Below are positions 41,291-55,760 of a stretch of DNA of 64,000 bases, piece after piece. Every line of letters begins with the position of its first letter. The first letter of the stretch is position 1. The notes under the pieces were generated by a model. That model had not been told where the DNA came from. It made no database searches and saw only the letters and a program-made list of their open reading frames with translations. The position numbers and the translations under genes were made by a program. Location of the stretch: NCBI RefSeq assembly GCF_002113885.1, contig NW_018408902.1:2515490-2579489 (forward strand), given 5' to 3'. This stretch comes from Mizuhopecten yessoensis (taxonomy: Eukaryota).

Positions 41291-44200
41291 ATATATTTGA
41301 ATATTTAATACTTCATGGTATCATGCGCAACTCTGTATAATATATTCATGGGAGAAATATCACATTTATATGATATATATACAGGCATAGAAATATAAAA
41401 TGAAGGATAGATTAATATTCATATCCCTGAGACATACTGTATGGAAATGTATTTTATATTATATGGAATATCATGTAAGTGTAATTGAGAATTAATGATA
41501 AAGTCGATTGAGATATATTCTAGAAGGTGAGTTTTGAAATCTACAGCAGTTATCAGAGTAGACATACAACCCATTTTAAACATTGTAGTTGAACATCTTT
41601 CTTCATGTAAGATGGAATATTAAGATTAAGAATATATCAAGGTATGTGTTCCTACATAAATGTTTCAGATTGTCCAGCGTTATACCACGTACGCCGAGGC
41701 TTTAAAAAACGTCATTTAATCAATTAAAAACAGGTAATTTATAAATCCTTAATCTGACATGTTTTGGAAATTCGATATTTGATTTTCTATTGAAGGACAG
41801 TCAGCTGATATCATAGAGTCTATCATTATTGGTTCGACGCTGAGATATGCTATGAACATATTTTGACATGTGTGGTTTACCTAAGTTTGTCAGACTGAAT
41901 GCACAAACATATCGATCATATTTACACGATAACATGAGTGAAATTTCCAGGAAAACTAGTTATCCTTTATTCTCTTAGAATCTGTACATTCCTAACTTGT
42001 GAATGAATTAATGTGTGTTTTTCCACTCTGGTACGATCAGAAAACTAATACATCATACTTTACCTGGAAAGATTATTATCAATGTATTCTTATTTACATT
42101 TCCCCGTGCTGTATAAGTTTAGATGTTGATTCACTAGGTAACCTACCAGATAATCACATGAGTATGCTAATTACCATTTAAGAACCTGCGAAGAGATATC
42201 ATATTGTGAAAATCTTAATTGATAAACATAATTTTTAATGCAGACAAAAGAAAAGAGTTTTGTGCCTCGGTTTTTATTTCCTTTATTTCCTCCTTGAATA
42301 CTATTCAATCTTTAGTACATTGTATGATGCAATACATGTATAGTAAAACATAGAACAGACCGGCTGGTCGAATTACCCGTTCAGAAGTAAAGGGATTCAG
42401 TAATGCTGATCTGAGCCTCGATAATTACATTAAACCCAAACACTTCGCCACAAGCGTTGCTGTGCAACTCGTGTGTATGCACTTTTCCTCGTGTTACATA
42501 GATTATATTGGTTAAAACCCGTACTTTTCCTACATTTTTTTGCTTCCTCAACCATGACGGACTGAACGAGTCATACATGATACCCCACCTCCTCGTGTTA
42601 GTAATAGAGTACGTTATTTATCTGTGTATATTTCCTAACCACCCGTGTTAAAACCGCGGTGTAGAATTTGTTTTATACACTTGTCAATTTCCATGAAATG
42701 AATAATTTCCATGCACGAATTCGACTGCATTTTGGCCTTGCTACGAATAGCAACGTGATAACGTGATAGCTGCAATGATAAATTGTTAAACCGAAAAAAA
42801 ATATATATAACACAGCCTTGTGGTTTCTTTTGAGAGTATCTGACATTTAAGACAATTACATTTGTGACGTGACAGTTATAGGTCACGGAGAGAATATCAA
42901 CATGAAAATAAAAATTATCTTAATTACCAAAAAAAAGAGATATCGGAAAAACTTGTGAACGCAAAAATACAACATCATTGTCTGTTACCTTTTAACTGAT
43001 TATAAGCAATATGATTATGTTTCTAACAATAATGTATTCGACTAAGATGATGATATTAAATATTCGATAATGACTTATAATACTGCTTTAATACGCATAT
43101 CGCATTATGATTTAACTGATATCTTAAATTTAAAAAAGGGGGCTTGTTTCGGGATTTAACCGATTAATAGCTATTGTGACAACCTTCGTTAAAACCGGTA
43201 ACTTTCCTACATTTCGTTGTTTCTTCACTCGTGACTGGCTGAATGACTCAAATACTTTACAAGAACTTCCCCGTGTTAACACACGGGTATATAGACTTTA
43301 TCGATGTGTATTTCCTATATCAGGAATGGTTACAATCAGGTACCCGAAACCACACGTATTATAACCACGGTGTGCATTTTGTGTTCTACACTTGCTAGAA
43401 TGGCAACAGCAGATGAGAAAGTGCTACAGTGATAAATGGTTAAAACTAATAGGTGATATGGCCGTTGTATTTGTTAGAGAGACGTAGGTCATGCATACTT
43501 GAGTGTTGACAGACACTTTTGTAGGCTACACATACAAATGTAAAGAGCATGAAACCAAATTTATAGAAATGACCAGAAATAAAGAAACATAATATCACAA
43601 AAACACATTGTGAACGCAAAAATATTTCATCATCGTCCATAACCTTTGAACTGCCTATAATCATTTTGACTTGGTTTCTAGCAATACTGTTTTGGGCTAA
43701 GATTATGATATTTTCGAGCAGTTTCAAAAATGACTGTAATCCTGCTAACACATATCTAATTGACATTTACTGCTATCGTAGATTTTAAAAAGCGCTTGAA
43801 CTGGGAGTAAACGACAAATATTGTTGAAGCCAGACAGTTTAAATAAGATACATAACAATCCGCTGTGGTGCATTCATTATTTTGTCTAAATATTTATTTA
43901 AGTGAAAACCAGAAAGACCGGACACAAATGAGAATAACGAATTTCCCTCTAGTGTGACCTTGTCGATTCGAACAGCAATCATAAATACTCATAATTATCT
44001 TTTTATTTAAGATTACCAAAAGTCGTTTCGTCAATCTTAATATTGATTTGACCTAAGTCGTGATACTATTTGATGACATAGACTTGTTATCATAGCGACA
44101 ATGTGTGTAAGACTGTATGTAATATTTATCACACACAAATTCACGTTATCATGCCCAAGGTCGAACGTATGATAACACTGTACTTCTAGGAAATTATTCA

Positions 44201-45914
44201 CTACAAACACGAAGTAAAAAAATTCGAAGTTGTACTGTGATTTAAAATAAATATCACGTAATGTTTCTAAATGTAAATGAAAAGATAAAAATAACCCACA
44301 TTCCTGGAAATTTCACTCGTGCTTTGCATTGATACATTCCATTTAAGGAAATTATGTTATATACCAGGGCATCTCAGACCTGCAAAAAATTTCCACTGCT
44401 TTTCTCCGCCTTGATGTAATAGACTCGACCGTCTTTGTACACAAACATTGTACATGTACCAGATGACTGATACATGGAAAATAAAATAAAATGGATTCAG
44501 CGCGGAAAAGATCATATCATCATAAAGCATGCATTACACGCGAGTTACGTGTGATCTTTAACAAGGCAATAAGTATAACTGTTGTGGAAACGTATCCATA
44601 AAGACAGGCTTTCTGGAAGTAGGCTGTCATAAAATTTGAATTTAGAAAGGGTAACATTTTCATATTTAGATTGGACTCGAAGTTGTTCATGTACAACTTT
44701 TACAATGTCTTCTGTATTTCACTCATACATTAAATAAAATTTTAATTGCTATTAATTTCACTCATAAGCTGAGAAAAATGTCATGTACTTGGAAATATTA
44801 GGTAGTTGTGTGTTAATACAGGGGAAACAACTCTTACAACGTTCGAATTTCAAACTTAAACGGATGTCTTTATTTTACCCACAGACAATGTCAAGTAGTG
44901 TTATAACTGGAAATCTGTTACACACTAGGTATGTACTACGACGTGAATATACTTGATAATGTGTTCTGCACAGAGAACGAAACTACATAAGCTGTAAGCA
45001 CCATTTAATATCGTTTATCGTAGATATGATTGAAACATTTTTCGGTTGTACACTATATATTTATATTTAAAATCATTTCCATCCCTTTGTGTTTGGTAAC
45101 TCAATGGTAAATGTTTACAAACCCAGTCATGTAAATAATATATTGCACTATATCTAATTATGAATATTATTCTAACAGAATGAGATACAAACGATCAGGA
45201 AATAATTTGATATCAAAAGAATTAAAAGGAAAGTACAAAAGACTGCTATGTAATGAAATTAAAAATCTAAGGCCAGATATGAAAGACTAGGGTAAGACTG
45301 AGTACTGCAATTTCTGTATATAAATACACCGTGTATGCTATATATAAACTAAACATAGGGTAAACTGGGAGGAACGCGTGATTTTTCTGTCGCTATAAAT
45401 AATTTAGGTATATTCCCACGTTGTATGTGGCGCTAACAATAACTTGAAAATTTTCACTTCTATTGGAACACCTAGTTTTTTTTTGCGGAAATCCAAGACC
45501 AAATATAGATTAAAAACAGCTTATGTTTACATTTAAATTCATGTTTCTCGTTTAAGAGCTCATTTCTTCTCTGCTTACTGTGCTGTGATACAACGAGCGA
45601 ACCTTACAAATGTAAGTCTGTTTTGTATAGACTAAATTACTAACATATATTGATACAGAATATTAATGCAGTGTGTTTTGCTGATGTTATTTTATATAAA
45701 GTAGAGTAAATAATATATTATTTTTTACTTTAACAAAATCAATATAACTTCCTTGAATTTCATTCATACGGAATACTATCGTATTGTGATTTTGCAGATA
45801 GTTTTTCTTTTCATATCAAATGGAATAAGAAAATTTCAATACTTAAAAAACAAAAAAAGCAAGCTGAAATCTTTATCATCAATATTTTTTTTTTTTACAG
45901 ATTTAAGTGGTATA

Positions 45915-46808
45915 ATGTGTAGTCAAATAGGAGCTTTGTTTCAAAATGAAACTCTGAATTCGGAATCCGGGCCGTGTGCATTCTTTCACTTCCGGCCATC
46001 CACTTCTGGTCAGAGACTAGTAGTTTATAAGGGTGCCACAACAGATTATCTGGCGGGAGATCACGTGGTTAAAGTTTTCAAGCAGAAAACAGAAAATGAC
46101 CCAGACTCTTCATATCAGCGCAGTTTGTGTTACATTGCAAGCAAAGAAACGGTCGAGAAATACTTACAGAAATATGGAAGAAAGACAATAACTTTTCTTG
46201 AACTTCGTTCTGCAGAAATGGACCAGATATCAATGTTTACCCGACACATCCGTTCTAGCGACAAACGTCATAAACGCCGTCTGCGCGAAGATGATGTGGT
46301 AGTATTTGAACAAGATCTCGGGAAAAACTTCGAAACTTTCATCGAACGGGACGGGACGGTGAACGCAACCTGTTGTGGTGAACTACAGGAGTTCGTCCAT
46401 TTCGTTTACAACGAGTCGAAAGGGCAAGAAATTGTGACGGGCCTGAAGGGAGGGACATTTAATCAAGGTAAAAAGTACAAACTTACATCACCGTCTATGA
46501 ATTCTGTTGGAAAGAAATATGGACCAGACGATTGCGGGGAAAAGGCTATTCTAAACTTTTTCATTTCACACGTATGTACAGACATCTGTTCGCAATGGCC
46601 AAAACCGTCAGTTCAGCACCCATTTCCTTGTTCAGAAACATTAGATAAAACTCACAATAAAACAACGGTTACCAGAGAAACCGAGATATTAAGAGATGAC
46701 ATGCCGCCTTTGTATGATTCACAATGGCGGCTTGATTTCGAGAAATCGGTGCCGATTTCCTCATATTTACAACCATCAGCACCCCCACCTTATGACTTTA
46801 TTACCTGA
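45915..46808 (+). CDS. Alpha-kinase-domain protein 4 (predicted pseudokinase, 297 aa), PPLY + PSAPPPY tail
   Basis: Poly-T + ACAG acceptor ends at 45900, ATG at 45915, candidate donor GTAAGT at 45612. Motifs HVVK, VFEQDLGKNF, LQEFVHFVY, IVTGLKG, LTSPSMNS, YGPDDCG, FFISHVCTDIC. Confidence 0.92.
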   Translation: MCSQIGALFQNETLNSESGPCAFFHFRPSTSGQRLVVYKGATTDYLAGDHVVKVFKQKTENDPDSSYQRSLCYIASKETVEKYLQKYGRKTITFLELRSAEMDQISMFTRHIRSSDKRHKRRLREDDVVVFEQDLGKNFETFIERDGTVNATCCGELQEFVHFVYNESKGQEIVTGLKGGTFNQGKKYKLTSPSMNSVGKKYGPDDCGEKAILNFFISHVCTDICSQWPKPSVQHPFPCSETLDKTHNKTTVTRETEILRDDMPPLYDSQWRLDFEKSVPISSYLQPSAPPPYDFIT

Positions 46809-47501
46809 ATGAAACGGCATCGTCGCTTTTAGCCTTTTCAACAAAAAAAAGCACTGTCCGTGATGGTCCCTTGATATAGCCACTGCTTTGCTCAACAAGG
46901 TAAACCTCTCATGATCGAGCTGAGAAATGCAGGATACGCTCCGAATGTCGTGCATTAAGAACAATAAAGGACAACAGTGGGAAAGTCTAGGGGAGTACCG
47001 AACATGTTACAGAGTTCACAGATAAGAGTTATTATGGTGTTATAACATGTTAGCGATGGCTTTCTGTAACTACCTGCTATTCCTTTAAATAGACGATTCC
47101 CTGTGATGTGTTATCATATAAAGGACACTGGAAATTCTCCTTGACGTCGGGTGTGGTAACCTGTATTCAGATATTATATATATTGTATAATTACAAGTCT
47201 AGTTTAAGATATATTAGACTTTACATCTATATATATTCTTACGAACTGTCTTTCGTTTTACCTATATAAATAACACGGGTAGAGATTAAGCCTAAAGGTT
47301 AAACCTGTCCTTTATATATCACAGCTGTTTATCCTGCAGTACGGAAATAAAATGATGCAATAAAATCGACGTGTTTTCTCATTTATATATGTTCAGTTAA
47401 ATGATATGCGGAAATAAATCTATGTTCCCAAAATCGTCTTGAAGAAAACCATATTTTACCAATTTCTATATTTGCTTACAGTGTACCTTCACAAAGTCGG
47501 T

Positions 47502-47794
47502 TATGACAAGCCAACTTAACATTAAGTATATATATATTATGCTATACAAGATATTTTCTGTGTATTGTATTGTGTCTTATAAGTTATAAAAGATGTCTTA
47601 TACACTGTGTAAGGGCCTGATATCATTAATGTAATATGATATATCTTATATAATAGATAAGATATCTAGTACCCTATTAAAAATATGTTTTAAACAAATC
47701 AGATATCTCGTATAAATTATAAAAAAATCTTACATACGTTAAGTGAAATTTTGACAAACTTTCAATGATTAAAAAATGAGTTTTTCTTGCCATA
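47502..47794. mobile_element. Degenerate copy of the 'TA|YGGCAAGCCA' MITE family
   Basis: TATGACAAGCCAACTTAACATT ... TTCTTGCCATA termini, interior with AAGATATC motifs. Confidence 0.6.
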
Positions 47795-49514
47795 GCTACA
47801 AGCTGACACTCCGTAATGTAATATTTCCTTCTGCTGCTAATAAAATATGAATTGAGCTCACCCGAAACATCGGTATTCTGATTGTTTTTCAGCTAAAGAG
47901 GTGACACTGTAGGTGGTAGAATCACCGTCTTCTTGACTAATGAACTAATGTTGTAATATATCTTAATTCTTTTCCGGTTAATCGTTATGATTGTTCACAC
48001 TCAGAAAAAAACATCGTTATCATGATTGGTGTCCAAACTAATGGACTCACTCAGTTATAACATTTTGTCAAGACAAACAAGGTTACTACGTGATAATGTA
48101 ATTGTTATTGGTATCTTGAGAAATGAGTTTACACCTGATCTGTATTATTTTTCTAAACTGTCTATATGTACAATAATACAAATTTTAGACTAAAGTACTG
48201 AATGCAAAAATCCCGATTGAAAATCAATTTTAAGCTGGCTTTTACTTCATTAAGGTCACGATTTGATCCAGACCCCAAGCGAAGTTTTAATCAGTTAACT
48301 TGCAATTTGATTTTTTATTTATTAAGTAAAGTACACCCATTAAAGTTATTAACGAAACATCTGTAATGTCTTAATCTTAATCTGAGACCCACACATCCTT
48401 TGTACAAACAAAATTATAATGGGCATAAGTCTTTCAAAGGATCAGTCGATAATCTTATCTTGATTTCATGCATAAAGGGGTTCGATATCATTTTTCTCTT
48501 TCCGATCATTGATATTGCCAGACTAAACCATAGAAATTACAAAACCGGTTTACCATAAATAATAGTGTTACAGTTATACTATGATGTAGTTAAAACATGG
48601 AAACATGCAGTACAGATTTTAAACGTGCCAGCTCTTTAAAAGGTATTTTAAGACACTTGAACAAACTAAGTGTAAATTCGTAGTAAATGTATTTTTAAAT
48701 GCCATTACAGACCCTACAATTCAATTGATCGGATTTTGTTTATCTTAATTCACTGACGTTTATACCCCCTATCCAATTTAAAGGCCAAATATCTTTATAT
48801 CTAACAGGCTAGATAGGTTCGTTTACAATGTTCATTGTCTGTTTTAATGAATTTACTTTTGAAGCAATGCGATTTTTCTTTGACAGACAGAGGGATTCTG
48901 TTGTAAGACACAGATAATAGCTAGAAATCACCCGTGTCTAGTTTTTACATTGTTACTGTGATCTACGCTCATGATTACTGTAAGTGAAGCCTACAATAGT
49001 CTGTAACCAAAACAGGTAAACAAACCCTCTATGCAAAATAATCTGTAACCAATCATAGGCTTCATTACATTTTAGTTGTAACAATTCATCATTTAAGCAT
49101 TATCTTTTCATTTATTTATTGATTATCTATTTGTTGTTAAACTATATTTATTTTAGAACAATAGAGGATAATTTGTCATTTCCCTATGAATACGATATAT
49201 ATTGGTACACTGACAACACAGGGTTTTCAAAGATGCGGGTTGATGAAGACTATGTGCTATGGTCGATTTTCTTGTAAACTTTATTTGTAGCGCGAGGGGG
49301 TCATATACTGTTTTTGGTTATGCTCATTAGTCTGTCTCGTGGTTTTATTGTCACTATATGCGTTCTCGATGTGAGGACGTGGCGTTTCTTGGATTCGACT
49401 TAACTGACATGGCAGGTGCCGTCGATAAAGCAGAAGGCGCTTAACCTTCCGGAACACCTGGTCTTGATCTCTTTGTAAAGAAGAACAAAACAAGCACTTA
49501 TTCTTATATGGGAA

Positions 49515-49638
49515 GTAACTGGAAAACTCACCGTGGTTTGGCAGGTGAAAAAATAGCTTTCCACTTCCGATTTGGGATTCAAACCTTGGCCGTATTGGTG
49601 AGAGACGAGTACGCTATCAGCTGCGCCATCCGAACACC
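49515..49638 (-). mobile_element. tRNA-derived SINE head with V-domain-like segment
   Basis: Minus strand has A-box TGGCGCAGCTGATAGCG, B-box GGTTTGAATCCC, then GGTGAGTTTTCCAGTTACTTCC. Confidence 0.55.
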
Positions 49639-52024
49639 ATTCTTGCGCGTGTTTAACATACGGTATATATCTCGGTTATAACACGTGACGTTAATGGTAC
49701 CTTACTGTAGATATTTGGTGATTTACGATAGAAAATACAAACTGATCAACTGATTCTTGTTTTAACAGATACTTAATTAACGTTATTATGTCTCTGACAA
49801 GTGAGGAAACAACAAAAATGCAAAAGTTACATGAAATCCGTCTGTAAAAGGTGATAACATGTTTCTGCACTTCATCATGCATCTATGTCTTGTACTTTAT
49901 GAAAATGTTAATCGGTCGAATAATATCAAATCAGTCGACCTTTTGTTATTATGGTCAACTTTTATTAAGAGTATATATAGTGGCATAAAGAAAATTCATT
50001 TAAAAGTTATACATAATAGTAACACAGTGAGTACATTTGTCCCCAGAATAATCTAGTTCAAGGCCAAATTGAAATAATTTGTTACATACAAATTAAGTTT
50101 TTTCATGGGAACAATCCGTGACAATAAGGAATGTCGTTAATCTTTTGGCGTCTTTTGTTTTTGATATATACGGCGATCATTGCACATAAATGCACCAGGA
50201 TATGCCAACAGACTAGTGCCAATATTTTATGAGGGCCAATGGTTTGGAGCATTTTTTATGCTCTCATAAATAGCACGACAAATATGTCATATTTTGGTTA
50301 TTAATTATTGATAATGTTTAATTTATGCTATCATTATAACAGGAACATGTCTGTGATATCTGACACTGTACTCGTTATTGAGTATAGCATAGCATGTAAC
50401 GTTACTCCTCGAGTTACCCCTTTCAGATACCAACTTTGCGGACAAGATAGATAGGAAAGTTCAGTCACCTATAGCATGTAACCTTTGAGCAGGCAAGGAC
50501 AATTCCTCAACCAATGTAGAACCATATAGTCGACGGCCATATGAGAATAAGTACAAATAGCATAGAAACAAGTGTAATGTGGTGTACATGTATTATTACG
50601 GGGATACAGAGTGGATGTCTAAGTGGAAATAATTTAATGTCGAAAAAGAAGATTTGTTGCTGATGCTGTTGATGCATGTTTGAGCTTATTCCCCAAACTT
50701 ATAATCTGTGTGCCACAAAAGCTCTAACACAGTAATGTACTTGTACTCTGGAGCGAGCCAAGCATAATTGGAACATGGAACCAGCTCCACGTGAGTAAAG
50801 GTTCCTATGACTTATCGCTGGTAAAATCTTTTTCAAACTTTTCAAAAGCATCTTTAGCATCATATTGTTACATCGAAACAGGTTGAAGTATACAAAAACG
50901 AACGAAGTGTTATAACAATAACGACAATGTCAGGACGGATTCAACAATAACATGAAGACCTGATGACAAATTGCACTAAACAAATATCGGACTCACTCAA
51001 ACTCGGAAACAAAATTAAGGTATTATGGAAGTAGAAGGGTTTTCTGAACCACTTGTGGGACCCGTCATCGCTTCCCTCGTCAAATCAGCAAGTATTTAAG
51101 CCACTGAGCAAGTGCTTAGGTCACTCAGTAAATAAGTAGGTCATCAAGCAAGTATTTAGGCCACTCATCGAGTATGTAGGTCATCAAGCAATTATTTGTA
51201 GGTCATCGATCAAAATGTAGGTCAGTCAGGTCACCAACATACAGTAGGGTACAGTGCACAAGTCTGTGATTATTGTACATACCGCTAATATTTGAAATTT
51301 ATAAATTAAAGGGTTGCAGGCTAACAGTCCCACCCACCCTTCTATGTCTCAACAGTAATTTAGACCAATGTGGACTTCCAACTTGGCCCCTAGAAGGATA
51401 AAACAGCTGTATGATGCCGTGTAATTCATTTTTAGCAAACTGTATCTATTACCAAATTTTAAAGGTGCAATCGTGTGTGTGTCACGTTCATCTTTCTAAA
51501 CAGTGAATCCTCATATAAAGAAAGCATGTCATATAGACAGCTGTAAACTTTGTAGGTGGATTGAAGTTGTTCTTACAGAAAACCCGGGATAAGTAGTTTA
51601 TTGGTCGAGAAGGACGCATCTATCCGGAAAAAACACTGTCTTGATCAATGAATGAACTGGTATGACATGTAAACGGTATGAACAGGGGGAGATTACTCTG
51701 CTTAATGTAACATTAACTTTCGTGACATTAGAAGTGACCGCGTTCGCTTACAGTTTCGAACTGAGATGATGTAAGATCCATAGGTTATATACAAAGCTAG
51801 AACATATTATTCATATTGCTATATATCTAGATGTGAAATTCAAGAATTGTGCACGTACCTCGTATGGAGTCTTTAAAAGTTCTGATCTAGAGAAAATACT
51901 TCATAAAACACTGCAATTGTTTGACTAGCAGTATTTATAGTTAATTAAATAAATGAAATATAGATATTATATCGAGATATTCTTTTTTGAAATCTTTCAT
52001 CTTTCTTTAACTTTGTTTTTGTAG

Positions 52025-52727
52025 ATACTCTTCAACTTTTTTTAAGAAGAGATAAGCAGACTTGCACGGGATCGACGGTTATTCCCCTTTTATGCCCTGG
52101 TGGCGCTGTTCTACATTGCATTCTTCCCATTCCTGAGCTTCCCACCCGACACACTGGTGTTTCTCAAAGTACTTCCAGTATGGAGTATTGTCTACTTTGT
52201 CAGACAAAATTCCGGGTTTCAAAAATCTAACGTCATTTCAAAGGAAGGTTACTCAGATTTTGTGACAATGGGATTGTTGATGTCGAGTGTTGGGGACACT
52301 TTTCTAGTGATGAGCAACATTTTTTTTCCATTCCAGGCATGTTAGCTTTTTTGATTGCGCATGTCTGTTACCTACTTGCCTTTGGAGCAAACAATATGCC
52401 AGAAAGTAACACATAGTATGTGTATGCCCTAGGAGGGGTCAGCGTCTCTCTCTTTATCACTGATGCTGTCGACAGGTGGGTTCTTGTCTACCTGTCAGTG
52501 ATCTGTACCGTGGGCTGGAGGGCGCAGGCGCGGTACGAACAGGATATGACGTTTGCCTCCTTGCTTGCTTGTATTGGCTACCTCTCCTTAATGTTCTCTG
52601 ACGCTGCATTGCAACTTCTAAATGGAATCTGCATATTCCTTTGAACGAGTTTATTGTGTTGACGACTTACTACTTGGCCCAGTTATGTATCGCCTCCAGT
52701 ACGAAATCGGATACAGAAACGGGCTAG
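52025..52727 (+). pseudogene. TMEM86: TMEM86/YhhN lysoplasmalogenase-family pseudogene
   Basis: Motifs LFPFY, LKVLPVW, GLLMSSVGDTFL, GMLAFLIAHVCYLLAFG, YLSVICTVGWRA, IG..LMFSD, TTYYLAQLCIA. Disabled by TAA at 52043, a frameshift near 52320-52330, TAG at 52414 and a frameshift near 52603. Acceptor ends at 52024, terminal TAG at 52725-52727. Confidence 0.88.
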
Positions 52728-54807
52728 CTCACCACGTGATAGATATGGTAAACTAAAGAAAACCGGACATTATATACAGGAAACCTTGTCCAACTGGACA
52801 GTTCGGTTCCCTGGTGACTGACTGGTTCAGATGTTAATGCATTGTGATTTTAAACACTTTCTTTCACAATGTACAGGTGTGTTACTGGATTTGTTACATC
52901 CTATATAGCCTCGTTATCATTTTCTTTTACTGGATACGAATTGTATAATATATACATTTTTTTGTGTTTAGCGTATTGGCCTATGTCTAATAAGGTCCAA
53001 AATAAATCGCCGTGCTACCTACTTATGACGCGAGTTAAAACAATTGTGCCTTTTTTCTTCGATTTTATACCAACTGTTGATGTATATTACATTTTCCTAT
53101 TTTTTGTAATCCATTGCTTTTTATTGTCCGGTATTATTGTTTAGTTTACAATAGACAAACTACGTTGAGGACGGAACAATGACGTCATGTCTCCATACCA
53201 AAACAAATTGCACTAAAATGTCTGGAATAATATCCGATGAATTCCCGTCACAACAGGCTGTCGACGTCAAGGTTGATACAATATAATGGTATTGCAAATG
53301 ATGCATAAAGGAGTCTTTTACTTCATAACAAGTAAATCGGCTGTATCGGTATTGTAAGCGTTGCCAGATATGTAAGTATGACTATAGTAAGATTCGGTAG
53401 CTATACAATACAACTGGTGGAACAAAATGGGCTGAAAATTAGGTATTTAATGAGCAAAAATAGAACCAATTTATACCAAGCAAGATAGTGGGTATCAATA
53501 GAGAGTATTGCTTTGGTCAAAAGGACATCTGAGGTAAAATCAACGATTTTGGTAAAAACGTGCAGTGACTGATAGGGCTAGGGGGGCTGTTGAATTGTAA
53601 GTAGTGCTATAGGGCTATCCATCTAGTGGCGACCAGGTTTCGCCATGGATGACATAGAGATAGAAACGAGAGGGAGAACTTCCAAAAACAGACAAGGTAA
53701 CTGTCATTGCCACATGGTACATCTAGCATTGTTGTTTTGGAAGATTAAAGTACTGCACGTGCTTCATTACTTATGTACAATAGGTGTGACCTACTCATGA
53801 ATAGTTAATTTTGTATAGATTGTTAAAAGTACCTGGGAATAATTTCAAAGGTAGTCTGAGAGTTTGCAGTTTGGGGTCATGAGTTGAGAGACGGGGATTC
53901 GATGAATGTGAGCCTCTGGGGCCTGTGATGGCCCGGATACAACACTTGGTGTGCTTTAGAACTATGTGTTTGATGTTGTAACTCTATATAATAGGTAGAT
54001 TGTTGTCGTGTTCCAGAACTGTGTTATAAAAAGACATTTGTTGAATTCAAGAGATATCTTACAAAGAGGACCTACTCGAGGTATGGCCATGACTGTCGCG
54101 GCCGTAACGGGAAGATATTAAAAACAATAGGTCCGCATGTTTTGTTTAGCGTGTTATGTCGCATTGGCTGTATCACTATAGCAAGGTGTTAAAAGTGTGT
54201 TATACAACTATCTGTATGTACACGCCGCTTCATTACTATGCATCATTAGCCTCATTATTTAGGATGTATGTACTAATGTTATAAATCTGCATGTTATGGA
54301 AGTTGGTCAGAACAACTTCATACTGTATACGCTTTGTTTGAGCTTGCATTGCTGAGCTGTTCAGGGTCATGGAAGATTATTCTGTTATTGTTTTGTGTGT
54401 TACATGCTATGAATTTTTCCATTGCCTCGAGTTTTTTGGAATAATAAAAGGTAGATTCCATTTCAGGTCACATCATTATTTTTTGTTTGTTTGTTTGTTT
54501 CTTTTACTACGTCACAATTAAATTCAAACAGGGGTGAATCGTTGCAGATATTGCGAAAACATTTCCTTCAGGTTCACTCCTGCAGGTAGAGCATTGAAAA
54601 AAGAATACACCTGCTGTTACCCACTGCAGGAGGCGACTAATGGGCGAACCCCCTGCAGAATTGGGGATTTGCATTGGTGTCCTCTATTTGGGGACACAAA
54701 AGCGACCAAAATGAATCTACTGCACCCATTGCAATATTTGGGATCTTTATCTTTCTTTCTACTTCTAACTACCTTTTTTTTCCTAGCGCCTTGCTTGGCA
54801 ACACCTC

Positions 54808-54980
54808 ACTTTTGGCCTTAATGTTGAGCGTTCGCCCAGGTGAGGAAGGCAATGGGTTCTGTCCGCAGGGCGGAACATACCAAAGACCTTAAAAGTGGTA
54901 GTTGCTATTCCCTGCTTAACGTTCAGCATTTAGGGGAATGGCAACAACTGTTTCACCAATTGTCAGTATTATGTGACCAA
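54808..54980 (+). mobile_element. tRNA-derived SINE with Meta-domain-like core
   Basis: Degenerate tRNA head followed by ACCAAAGACCTTAAAAGTGGTAGTTGCTATTCCCTGCTTAACGTTCAGCATTTAGGGG, resembling the conserved central domain of MetaSINEs (recognised from memory). Confidence 0.6.
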
Positions 54981-55760
54981 GCTAAACCAATCCTACAGGT
55001 TAATCCAAAATGTGTTTGACTCTGCTACATGGTGCGGTTCAATACCAAGGATATAAGAAATAAGCAAGATATCTTACACTGTAGTTCATGATAGTGCGAT
55101 TTCGGAGCGCACTGTGTCGTTAGACCGTTGATGTCTGAATAACATGGATGCGCATGTGTATATTCTTGATAATTTATGTAGATAGCTTTTTGTGTAATAT
55201 TGTCATGAACCTACTAGATGTTTTGTTGTCGGCATTCAACTATTAACCCAAAGTCAGAATTCAGCACACAGTGAAGTATACACTATCATTGACGAGGTAT
55301 CATGTTATCGTACAGAAAATACACTGTAGGTGTAATGTTGATAGAGCGCCAGTTACTTGTAATTAAAGTTAAAACCCCATAAATGTTCAATAGACCAAGA
55401 AAACTCTACCTTCTACCATGACTGAGGTCACCGACATATTATTATCACAGTACACGACTTTTTACTTCCGGATACCCAGCCTGGTTTTTTTCCATGTAAA
55501 TTGCATGACTTACGTATATCTTAATATAACTTGAGGATTTTGTTTTTGGGAAAGTTCTATTTGAGATCATTATGGCAATCGGGGAACGATGTCAGGTTAT
55601 GTTTGGACTACATTAAACCGGAGAATGTTGTAGTTTATACATTTATTTTTCAACGTATTTGTAACTACATATGCGACCCTGAAGATTTTGGACTTTGGCG
55701 TTACCGTTCGCATAGAGTAAGTACTCATATACACGTTAATATACAATTAACCAGTATGTG

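Noticed and set aside
21036-45914. N-terminal extensions of genes 2, 3 and 4 in the ORF track (hydrophobic, signal-like)
   Set aside because: They start at TTG and run through polypyrimidine tracts and AG acceptors, so they are intron sequence.
50775-50790. ATGGAACCAGCTCCAC|GTGAGT as first coding exon of TMEM86
   Set aside because: Its phase (1) does not match the reading frame of the downstream exon (phase 0); cannot be confirmed.
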